NCBI RefSeq assembly: GCF_964355755.1
Contig: NC_092674.1
Location: 11,718,001 to 11,782,000, forward strand
Direction of reading: 5' to 3'
DNA length: 64,000 bases
From: Antedon mediterranea
Taxonomy: Eukaryota > Animalia > Echinodermata
This document shows positions 11,001 to 22,126 of the stretch, one piece after another. How positions within the stretch are numbered: the first letter of the stretch is position 1; every line of letters begins with the position of its first letter. The position numbers and the translations under genes were made by a program. A model generated the notes under the pieces. It was not told the origin of the DNA, did not search any database, and was given only the letters and a program-made list of their open reading frames with translations.

Positions 11001-13826
11001 GAACACATAGATTATCTTCGGTTCCTGTGGTTCGAAAAAACAACGACCCCAGCAAAGTATTGAGAACGTACCGGATGAAAGTTCACATCTTCGGAAACAA
11101 ACCTTCTCCAGCTGTTGCTACGCTAGGACTGAGAAAGACTGCACAAGAAAGAGAGAGCGAGTTTGGCGCAGATGCAAGAGAGTTCGTGGAGAAGAATTTG
11201 TATGTCGATGATGGGCTGAAGTCTTTAGCTACTTCAGATGAGACGATCGACCTGCTCAAGCGCACACAAGCCATATTAGCCACAGCTAATTTACGGTTAC
11301 ACAAGATTGTCTCAAACGATGCAAAAGTGATAGCTGCTTTCTCACCTCAAAATGTAGCAAGTAACATGTGCAACCTCGATCTCGGATCTGACACCCCTCT
11401 TATGCAAAGGTCATTAGGGGTACTGTGGGATGTCAAGTCAGATGCTTTTAATTTCTCTATTACGGAGGTTAGCAGCAAGGCATTCACTAAGCGAGAAGTG
11501 CTGTCAGAAATCAACAGCATATATGACCCAATTGGCTTTGCGTCACCCGTCATTATAGAGGGAAGAAGGCTGTTAAGGGAAATGACAAGAGATCAATTCA
11601 TAGATTGGGATGAGCCATTACCGAAACAGCTACATGATTCATGGCAGAAGTGGCGGAGCTCCATAGTTCAACTGTCAGATGTTCTGATCCCTCGTCCTTA
11701 TACATCATTTCCATCAAACCAGTCCATCCAGAGAGAACTCCACACATTCTCTGATGCTTCTAACACAGCCATTGGCGCTGTGTCTTACCTCAGAATTACT
11801 GTTAAAGTGGGAGAAGTTCACTTGAGTTTTGTTGTTGGAAAGGCAAAGCTAGCACCTAAAGCTGCGACATCAATACCTCGCTTAGAGTTGTGCGGAGCAG
11901 TACTTGCCGCAGAAGTCGCAACATGTGTTAAGACTGAATTGGATTTTAACTTGGATGCCACACATTTTTACACCGATAGCAAGGTCGTTCTCGGTTATAT
12001 CAGAAATAAAACCCATAGGTTCTACATGTACGTGGCGAACAGAGTGGAACAGATTCTTCAGTCGACCAAACCAGAACAATGGAAATATGTTAAAACAGAC
12101 ATAAACCCAACCGATCAAGCTACAAGATCCATCAAGGCTAAAGACTTACAGAACTCGGCATGGATTCAAGGACCAAGATTCTTACTTAATACGAACTCGT
12201 GTGAGAGAAACACAACGGTCTGGGACATCAGTGAAATTGAAGAGGATCCTGAAGTAAGACCTGTCGTAGCTGCCAGTGCTACAGAAGTTCAGTCAGCCAA
12301 ATCATTGGGATCCGAGCGATTTAGCAGATTTTCAAATTGGGGAAATCTTGTGCGAGCAATTGGGAAGTCTTGTGCATATTGCTTGTACATTCATAGAAAC
12401 CGAGAAAAAAGACTGTAGTGGGTGGCATGTATGCATGATTCCACCACCTGTATTGATCAAGGCAAAACAGATTGTAGTAAAATGTACTGAACTTGATGAA
12501 TTCACAGATGAAATCAATCACATAAAGAATGGGATGCATCTTCCTAAGACAAGTACGCTAGTAAAGCTTACACCCTATTTGGATAACGAGGGAGTTCTGC
12601 GAGTTGGAGGACGTTTAGGAATTGTACTAGCCGAAGAAAGAGCGCATCCCATGATTCTTCCTAAACATCACCATGTCACAACATTAATCATCCGCCACTA
12701 CCACCAACAAGTTCAACACCAAGGCAGACACCTAACACATGGCAGAATACGTAGTGAAGGCTTCTGGATAATTGGTGGCAAGAGGTCAATCTCAAAGGAG
12801 ATTGGAAAATGTGTAGTTTGCAAGAAACAAAGAGGAAAGCAAGAGACGCAGAAAATGGCTGATCTACCCAAGGAACGCTTAACATCAGCTCCCCCATTCA
12901 CATATGTAGGGCTTGACGTATTCGGTCCTTGGATGGTACGAACACGGCGCACAAGGGGTGGACAAGCAAACGGAAACGATGGGCCATTTTGTTTACTTGC
13001 ATATGTAGTCGGGCTGTCCATATAGAGGTGATAGAGTGTATGGATACCTCAAGCTGCTTGAACGCCCTTAGAAGATTCTTTACGAAAAGAGGTCCTGCGA
13101 AACAACCACGGTCAGATTGTGGGACGAATTTTGTTGGTGCGTGCAATATCTTGGGTGAAAGTATTCAGAAAGAAGGACAAGATAAAATTAAACGCTATCG
13201 ATTGACCCGTGAATGTGAGTGGGTGTTCAACCCGCCTCATGCTTCCCATATGGGAGGAAGTTGGGAACGTATGATTGGAGTAGCAAGGAAGATTATAGAT
13301 GGTATGTTTAGAGATCTTGGAGAAACCAAGTTAACCCACGAAGTCCTGGTAACACTAATGGAAGAAGTATCAGGAATTATTAATGCACGACCCTTAGTAG
13401 AAGTCTCTACTGATCCTGAATCACCACAAATAATATCAACAAACACTCTACTTACTCAAAAGTCTCAACCATTCGCAGCACCTCCTGGAGCGTTTTTTTA
13501 ATGCTGATTTGTATGGTAAGCAGTGGCGAACGGTACAGCACTTGGCTAACAAATTTTGGTCAAAATGGAAAAGAGACTATATCCCTACACTTCAGAACAG
13601 GAGCAAGTGGCAACAGGAAAAGAGGAATATAAAGGAAGGAGATATTGTTCTTCTAAAGGAGAAAGACACCGTCAGAAATGATTGGCCTATGGGACGAATC
13701 GTTAAAGCAATTGAAGGATCAGACGGACGAGTTAGGAGAGTAGAAGTGACTGTTTATAGAGGTGGAGAACTGAAAACCTTTGCAAGACCGATCAGTGAAT
13801 TGGTGCTGATAATGCCGACTCATTAA
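8093..13826 (+). pseudogene. BEL/Pao gag-pol broken by stops and frameshifts
   Basis: Consecutive ORF pieces 8093-8341, 8356-9156, 9153-10853, 10878-11063, 11027-12418, 12276-13025, 12929-13501 and 13509-13826 carry the domains in BEL order. Confidence 0.95.
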
Positions 13827-13942
13827 GACTGTTACATTGAACATTTTTGTTATAATGATTATTAATTATGTCATATTATTTTGTATTCTTTATGTTTTAA
13901 CTTTTTGATATAAATGGTATCTTTTAGATACCAGACGGGGAG

Positions 13943-14642
13943 TGTGTTGCTCCTATTTTAGCTGCATCTTGCCTTTCCGAGAGAGGGCGTATGTAATTAG
14001 GATCCATGTTATAAGTTTCGCATTGACTACATGTGTTCTAGAGTTCGGCTTCTAAATGTCTTATTGTGCCGAGATAGTGTGTAATTTACTAAACTAGAAG
14101 GCCGCACATTGCTTGTAAGTTGTTAGAGTATTATATTATTACAATAATTAGAATTATATAAACCACAGTAGTGGCCTAGATTATTAATGCTATACTACAT
14201 TGTGGTCGTAGGCCTATGCCTGCGTAGATTGATTTATGAATCGTATACGATCGCGCGAACAGCATGGCGATAAACACGAGTCTCCGTGTAGAGGGCGGTG
14301 TTCTATTTTGTATGCCGTATCTATAGAAGTAGTCACGTCCATATGAGGGCGCTGTTGATTATTTGATATCTTTATTTACTATGTTCTTTAGGCATGTACA
14401 CCTCCGTAAGAGGGCGCTACGTTTGATCTGTTTTGCAGATAGTTTTATATTTATGTTATGTTTATTATTACTATTTGGAGCTGGATTTAAGTATGCTTAA
14501 TTTCAGTTCACCCTGTTTATGGCTGAATTTGCTGTATTAAAGAGTCAGTCAACAAGTGATTGTGTTGCAGTATTTTTTGTCGTGGATTGGGTTTATCTAC
14601 TGAATAGCGAGTTTGACGGTTCAAGCTCGTGAGGTCAGCACA
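13943..14642 (+). repeat. 3' LTR of the BEL/Pao element
   Basis: Follows the PPT, ends in CA and is followed by TSD ACTAT. Confidence 0.97.
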
Positions 14643-14647
14643 ACTAT

Positions 14648-15050
14648 TATGTCGACATAGTAACCATTATATGTCTATATGGCGAGATAGTTTATCTTGC
14701 CAAGTTGACTTCCTAATAACTACATGTTGACTAGACTAGATAGATTAACTTGCCAAGTTGACTATACTTCGACGCTTGGAGCGTCCAAGTGCCATTCATT
14801 TCGCGACTTGTCGAGATCATTTATCTTGTCAAGTCGACATAAATGTATGGCTATTATGTCGACATAATAACCATTATATGTCGACATGACGAGATACATT
14901 ATCTTGCCAAGTTGATTTCCTCATAAATACATGTCCACATGACGACTACTACATTATCTTACCAAGTTGACTTTTCCAAAGAGTTTATGTCGACATGACA
15001 TGCTAGACAATCTTGCTAAGTCGACTTCACACAAGAGTGTATATCGACAT
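14648..15050. repeat. GTCGACAT / TTGCCAAGTTGAC-rich tandem repeat hosting the BEL insertion
   Basis: Continues from 7309-7388; the uninterrupted unit reappears at about 14785-14880. Confidence 0.75.
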
Positions 15051-15182
15051 AGGTATAGAAACAACAGCAGAATAAAGATACATTGCCGCCTGCCAGGCAG
15101 AACATGTCTTGGCAAGTTGATGCTCAACGCGCGACACACGTGGGGAAATATTTTTACTCGCCACCACATTGACAACCAACCA

Positions 15183-18100
15183 GGGTGTGTAGAAAGCGAC
15201 GACCTCGAATTGGACGACCCCAACGACCCGGGCGACCTCGAATTGGACGACCTAGAATTGGACGACCCATAACACGAAACCGACGACCCCTATAATAGCC
15301 TAGCCTAGCCTAGGCCTAAGTATGGTATAACATCCCGAAGCCGAACATAACCAAAGATCTTTAAACCATACCTTATATAATACTCGCAAGCAAGCAATTG
15401 ATTGAAAAAATACAGAAATATCGCCATTTGATACTGAATGTGTCGACACGAACAAACGAACAGATATGGAACGCCAAGAGTGCATCATTAAAACTGCATT
15501 CGACTCGATTAGCACACGAAATATCATAAACATGGCAAACCAGGCCCCTTTTTCAGCGGCAGGTAAGGTTTGACCATGGAGGTACTCCATGGTTTGACCA
15601 GCTCCATGGTTTGACCATGGAGGTATAAAAATATTTTTATACCTCCATGGTTTGACCGTATACAATGCATGTGTGAAAACGTTATTTTCTATGGAACGCC
15701 AAATGCTTACTTTCGCCGGTGCTCGTTTCTATTTAATAGAAGTTCTATTTATATTAATTATTAGATATAACGATGTATATTCCAAAGTTTATATATCAAG
15801 GTTTTTAGTATATATTATTAAATATTATAATTAAAGAGAAATAATTATGAATATCTGACTTGTAGATTCCAAAATATAAGGCCTAAAACATGACCGAAAA
15901 TGATCGTTTTTAGCCAAAAATGACGTAAACATGTTGCCCCCTCAGGCGGCAGTTGAAGTAAAATAATTGCATAAAATCACCGTTTTTTAGTAAAATATTT
16001 TGTGTATTAATTACGGGATTAATTAACATTGTAAAATTCAATAAAATATGATATTAAAAGATAGTAAATAAAAAATAATAATTATTTAACCTCATTCGAA
16101 GAATATCAATACTCTATTAGTCCTGAGAGACAACGTGATTTTACGTGGTAGGCATACACGCGAGAAAAATATTATGGAGTGCACTGCATTTTTACCTTGA
16201 AAGATTAAAAACAATTAAATTATTAAATATGACTACTTTCCTTTGCTGTTTCAAACCAACAAAATTGTAGTACTGTAATTATTATTTATTTTCATGACAC
16301 AATAAACCTAAAGACCATGAACTTATGTAGGGCCTACTAGGACACCACTCTATCACTACGCGAAATATCGTAAAAGACGCACTGGCCGTTTCATAGAAAT
16401 TACCGGCGGCTCAACTTGTCGGCGGCCCAACCGGTCATATCCCCACATGCACATGTTACACATCCACGTCAAACAGCGAAAATGGGACATTAAGTGTTCC
16501 GAGAGCCGTTTTCATTGTTTAAGTTAGCCGGAGCCTTTTTCGATTGGCTATAAATAGAAAGTTACCGAGCATTTCGAGCGACGCGAGTTCTGACTTCCGT
16601 GTTTTATAGGCTGTCTAAATTTCCCTTTTAACGGGTTTATATTAAATTATATTGTTGTTTGATTTATTTCTGTTTATAAAGAACATTTATATTAAACAAA
16701 AACCACAACAATAGCAATTTTAGTTGATTATGGATTAATTTATTCGAATTCTAAGATAAACGTCTAAGCCAAGTGTAAACGTAAACAAAGCGAGTCATAC
16801 GGCGAAAACAAAAAAGTGAAAACTAACTAATTTGTTAAAATAGCTAACATTAATTTGCAATTTTTAAATGAAATTCTGAAAACGCTATAATATAGTCTTA
16901 TATGCATTTTCAAAGATTTCCAAATATAAGCTTGGGGTTATTTTTCAAACAAATTCTATAAGGAGTTGAAGATAGTGTATTTTGAGCGAAAGTGCGGTGC
17001 GCGTAGGCCTAGGAAGACACGGCAGGGCTGGAATACTCGTTTCCTTAGGCGACGAGAACGACGGAAGATGCGCTCCATCACTGTGCTCTCAATTTTAGTT
17101 CTTGTTAAGTGGATGATGCAGAATCTTATAATATGGGCTTATAAATTTTAAAATAAAGTGCTCAACTTTCATTTTTCTTAAAATTATGAAGATTAGTGTG
17201 AAGTGGGGACTGTCTGCATGCCTGAACAGCTGACTTGGTAAAATACTGAAAAATCAGTCAATTAGTTAGGCCTAGGCTAATTAATTAATGTACAGTATAT
17301 AATGTCATATTTTTATGAATAGAGCTAAATCTACTAGTAGGCTTACTAGTAATCTCATAATAAATCTGTTAATGTCACCTGTCACTAACATATGATTGAT
17401 TTAAGTATATGCTGAAAATGTTTACTTTTTATCGGAGCTAAAATGAAATTTCGCAGTTCCCTGCTTTTTATTATAATAATGGAGCAATAAATGAAATACA
17501 AATACACACCAATTAACATTTTAACTTTTAATATTATCACAAATTTCACCTTAAAAATCAGACAAGTTTTCTACATCAACTTAGCTAACATTTGTACTAA
17601 GCCTAATCTTCAATAGATTTACTATTACTGTAGTAGGCCTATTACCATTATTTATTTGCCAATTTGAAATGTACATTTAAACTTTATTAAACTACTGCAC
17701 AACAACCAACTGCCACTTGAACCTTTAAATAAGTAAATTAGGATAAGTTAAAGTTTTTACAAAATAAATGTCTTTTTGGCAATACATCTATAGATATCCA
17801 TAATTACAGTATTAATAGTGCTTTTTCAAATTATATGCCAGAAGTAAATTAATATGACTCATAAGAAATTGTTGTTGATTTAATGCTATTTGTATTGAAG
17901 TATGTAGAACAATCCTCTGTGGTCTGTAAAAAAACAACAACATTCAATTAATAATAATCATTATTTAATTATATTTGTATATTTATTCTTATTTTCTTAG
18001 GCCTATAAACAACACGCGCCTGACAATGAACACGCGCCAATAATGCACGCACTACCCCACTATTATAGGCTAAAGCCTGGCTCTCCTACTGTACTACTAG

Positions 18101-19202
18101 GCCTAGACTATATTGATTTATAAATAAAACAAAGAGGCTTTGTAGAGTTTTATGATTTAAAACAGCTTTCCTATATATTATATGTTTCCCTTATTAATTT
18201 ACAAAACCACATTTCTTATCTTATGGCGTAAAAAATGATTTTAGCTACAACCATGTGTTCCATTTTCGATAGTGAAATACCCAAGAAGGCACATGTTTAA
18301 GCAGCCATTAAAAAAAAATAAAAAATAACCCCAACGAGATTTTTTTATTAACTACTATTGAAAAATCAAATATTCAGAAACTATAAAACCCACCTTCTCA
18401 AAAAATTGCGTTGTTTTATTACAGCCTCAACAAATTAGACGAAATTTTAACATTCGAATAGCCTAAAATTGTTTAAAAAACATCGGTGTAATTCACCCTT
18501 GTTTCATAAAAATATAATGGGTTCGTCGATTAAAAAACAATATCACGTGGTTCGTAGATGCCTTGTCAAAGGTTTTCATGAATTATTCATTAGTAAATAA
18601 ATCCAAAAGTTCCAATTGGCCAGTTTGCAAAAACCTAAGATTTACTTTTCAAAACAAAGTTGCTTCCGGGTAATTGTCAACGCTGTCTCGTGTGCAAAAA
18701 CGATTCGCTGCCGATAGAGGGCTCACTACTTTTTGTCCCTGGTGAATTGAGTGTGGTTACGCTGCTTGGTAGGCCTATAGTGTTCGTTATAAGACTTAGA
18801 CGAGATGTAATTATACGTCCATGGTTTAACCATGTACAGTATTGTATAATATTTATTTCTTTTTAATTTATTTTTAATATGTCGAATGCAGTTTTAATGA
18901 TGCACTCTTGGCGTTCCATATCTTTTCGTTTGTTCGTGTCGACACAATCCGTATCAAATGGCGATTTTTCTGTATTTTTTCAATCAATTGCTTGCTTGCG
19001 AGTATTATATAATAAGGTATAGTTTAAAGATCGTTGGCTATGTTCGGCTTTGGGATGTTATACCACACTTAGGCCTAGGCTAGGCTAGGCTATAGGGGTC
19101 GTCGGTTTCGTGTTATGGGTCGTTCAATTCGAGGTCGTTCAATTCGAGGTCGCCCGGGTCGTTGGGGTCGTCCAATTCGAGGTCGTCGCTTTCTACACAC
19201 CC
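15183..19202. mobile_element. long-TIR non-autonomous DNA element (Mutator/Foldback-like)
   Basis: About 320-bp inverted repeats (15183-15504, 18881-19202) starting GGGTGTGTAGAAAGCGACGACC with internal gacgacc subrepeats. No transposase and no TSD. Confidence 0.8.
15568..15656. other. stack of three P/Galileo-type excision footprints
   Basis: GTTTGAC x4 separated by CATGGAGGTACTCCATG, CAGCTCCATG and the 34-bp palindrome CATGGAGGTATAAAAAT-ATTTTTATACCTCCATG. Confidence 0.75.
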
Positions 19203-19553
19203 AAATTCAAACGTATCCGTATACGTGTTGTGACACTGATAGGTATTCGTATACGTGAGTTTGCCCAAACTCTCTAGCAATAATATTATTAGGTATACAC
19301 ATGGAGAATTCTCCATGGTATACAGATATCCGTGAATGGTTGGAAATAAAATGGCCCTATTAGGACTTTCGTCTTCGAAGCAACACAGCTAATATTGGAA
19401 CGTAATACATCAACACTATTTATTATAGTTCATAATCGTATTGTGTGAACATTGTTATTTGAATAGTGATTAGAAGTATAATGGACAAGTGCTAAAACAC
19501 TTCTAGATTATGGACTTATCAGTCTCGGTAGTGTGTTACCTGCACAAATCTTC
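19203..19553 (-). pseudogene. sialyltransferase copy C remnant (intron plus last bases of the sialylmotif-S exon)
   Basis: Matches about 45910-46232, including the donor/exon end TTACCTGCAnAAATCTTC. Confidence 0.85.
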
Positions 19554-19779
19554 TTGTTTAGTAAGCCTACTATTTGTTGGAAATGGTCTATTGTTGTATT
19601 TTACAAAAGACAAGTCATGGAAAATACTTTTGAATTTAAGACAACGAATACTGTATTCATAGCACAAAGACCAAATATTGTTTGATTTCTTTCCAAATCT
19701 CTAAAAAAACAGGTGCGGATCCCGGATTTTTAAATAGGTGGCCCAGATACTAAGTATTTGAGGCCACAGAGGTTGTGGT

Positions 19780-20180
19780 CTCTTAAAAAAGGTGGTCACT
19801 TACGAGAGGTGTGGTCGTTAAAAGAGGTGGTCGCTTACGAGAGATGGTCGATTATGACAAGCGATCCCTTACGAGAGTCGTTGATCCTTTAAAAGAGGTG
19901 TTCACTTACGAGAGGTGTGGTCGTTAAGAAAGGTGGTCGCTTACGAGAGGTTATCGATTATGAGAAGCGGTTCCTTATGAGAGTAGGTGATCACTAACGA
20001 GAGGTGGTCGCTTACGAGAGATGGTCGATTATGAAAAGCGATCCCTTACGAGTGTTGGTGGTCCTTTACAAGAGGTGGTCACTTACGAGAGGTGGTCGAT
20101 TATGAAAAGCGGTCCCTTACAAGAGTTTGGTTGTCCTTCAAAAGAGGTGGTCACTTAAGAGAGGTGGTCCTTTAAAGAAG
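19780..20180. repeat. GAGGTGGTCGCTTACGAGA-type tandem repeats
   Basis: Many degenerate ~19-20-bp units, typical of MITE interiors. Confidence 0.8.
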
Positions 20181-21229
20181 TAGTAACTGGAAACTCACGT
20201 TTTGTATATCAATATCGTTGTTAAATCGTATATGAATGCTAATTCCAGGTAAATATTATTCGTAAAATCCACAATGTAATAGTATATTTTAGTAATTTTA
20301 GTCTGGACTTTCTAGGGAAATTTAAAATACGTTCAAGCTTGACGCCACCAACGACCAAGTTGGTGCAATGGTGCATGAAAAAGCCATCACGAATAATACT
20401 GCTTGTGACAAATGGTTCTCACAAAAACACAGAAATGAATATAGTGTCAAATGTCATTTTATTCAATAATGACGCAAAATAGGGAAGCACCCAATTCTAA
20501 ATTACATCTAAAAATATGAGAGTATTGTGCCGTCCCTACAAAAGGCGAGTCACTCTCTACATTAACATAGTACAATATAATAATAATAATAATCCTAAAA
20601 CCAACCATAGGTGCAATGCTACAAAAGTGAACCATAGTGGGATTTTTCGAATTCTCGTGTTTTAAGGCACACTATAAAACTTAATTGAATATTTTTTGAT
20701 AAAAATGAAATCATTCGACACTATGCACACATTTTCAGCAATAACTTTAGATTCAGCATTAGAATCAGAAAAGATAATTTTATAATTCACCTTAAGGGTT
20801 TCTCCATAAGGAAAACCAAGCACTAAACCATACATAGGGGTAACTTCTTATATTTCACCTTATGGGAGAATATATGAAATATAATTGCTAAGTGGAAATT
20901 ATATGATTTTTATCAGAAATCAGTTGTCAATCTTTCCAGAATAAGCTATTGAGATACCATAGACAGTAACTGGGTCTACCAACCAGACATTTAGCACACG
21001 TTCAAACTTCCTGAGTTTACCTAGAGTATGGCATGTGAGAGAACAGTGCAGTAGTGGTTTTTTAGAATCACAATAAAGTTAGAACAGTTTAAACATTTTT
21101 GTTGTTTTTTTATTCTTTGAACAATATTATTTTTGTTAATACTTTGGTGAGAAACATTATCCATGGCAATATTATACACAATTATATTACGCATTCATTT
21201 ATGATATTAATGTGTTTGTTCTTTATTAA

Positions 21230-21550
21230 TATGTTTAGGCGAAATGACCTCTTTTTAAGTACAAGTAGTACTTGTAAACATGTAACATTATTACAATACA
21301 ACTTTAATTAAATATGACTTCAACTAATTCATATTGAATTGTATTTCAATTAAATCATAATGATTAACTCTTTCAACATTAATGTGTTAGATCGAATGAC
21401 CTCTTTAAGTACAAGCAGTACTTGTAAACACTTACCATTATTACAATACAATTTTAATTCAATATGATTTCAACAAAATCATATTGAATTAAAATTGTAT
21501 TTCAACTAAATCATAATGATAAACTCTTTCAACATTAATGTGTTAGACCA
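21230..21550. repeat. ~155-bp tandem duplication
   Basis: gaatgacctctttaagtacaag...aactctttcaacattaatgtgttaga occurs twice. Confidence 0.8.
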
Positions 21551-22126
21551 AATGCACTTGTATATAGGCTATCCGCCAAAAGTACTGATCAACATTGCAT
21601 GCGTTCAATGAAATAAAGGACTACATACGATGTTTAGCATTTACATTTGTTACTCATTGGATCATGAATTGTATATGTAGGCCTATGCGAATTATAGACA
21701 TTACGTGTGTTCAATAACTGACCTCTATAGTACTAAAAATTAGTAGATATCCGTGGTACAAACATGTCTACATCCATCCACTAGCAGCGCAAGAACTGAT
21801 GTGTGTGCTCGGACAATAGTTATCCACCCAAAGAACCGATTACCAGTAGATTTATTTTGTATGAATACATGGATTTCTATAGGAATCATGTAAATCCTAT
21901 TTTATATAGGAACCAAAATACGTTTTCATAAATATAAGTAATTTTATCTCAATCCATTATTAGGAATTTGGTTAACTCCTATTTCTTTAGAAGTGGTATG
22001 CAATGTGTTTTATGTGCTTTTTGGTGTCACATTAATGTACTTAAAAAAAAATCATCACTTTACCTTTTAGATAGAAAATACCCATTGTAACCTCTCAAAA
22101 ACGTATACTACCAGATTGCAAATTAA

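Larger units (their letters stand above)
7389..14642 (+). mobile_element. full-length BEL/Pao LTR retrotransposon, coding-disabled
   Basis: TG...CA LTRs, 5-bp TSD ACTAT (7384-7388, 14643-14647), PPT AGACGGGGAG. Gag Cys/His knuckles, protease (ILDDQS), RT (ADIEQMF, YVDDG), Pao RNase H (FSDAS, IPRLELCGA) and integrase (SDCGTNF, GGSWER). Confidence 0.97.

Noticed and set aside
9489-13446. Antisense ORFs within the BEL element
   Set aside because: Shadow frames of gag-pol with no independent support.
8093-13826. Many gag-pol lesions despite ~99% identical LTRs as a sign of trans-mobilisation
   Set aside because: The indel and substitution density between the LTRs is roughly enough to explain the lesions as decay after insertion.
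15568-15656. CRISPR-like repeat-spacer array
   Set aside because: The repeat is only 7 bp, the fillers are related palindromes, the context is eukaryotic and there are no cas genes.
19780-20180. CRISPR array
   Set aside because: Contiguous degenerate tandem units with no unique spacers.
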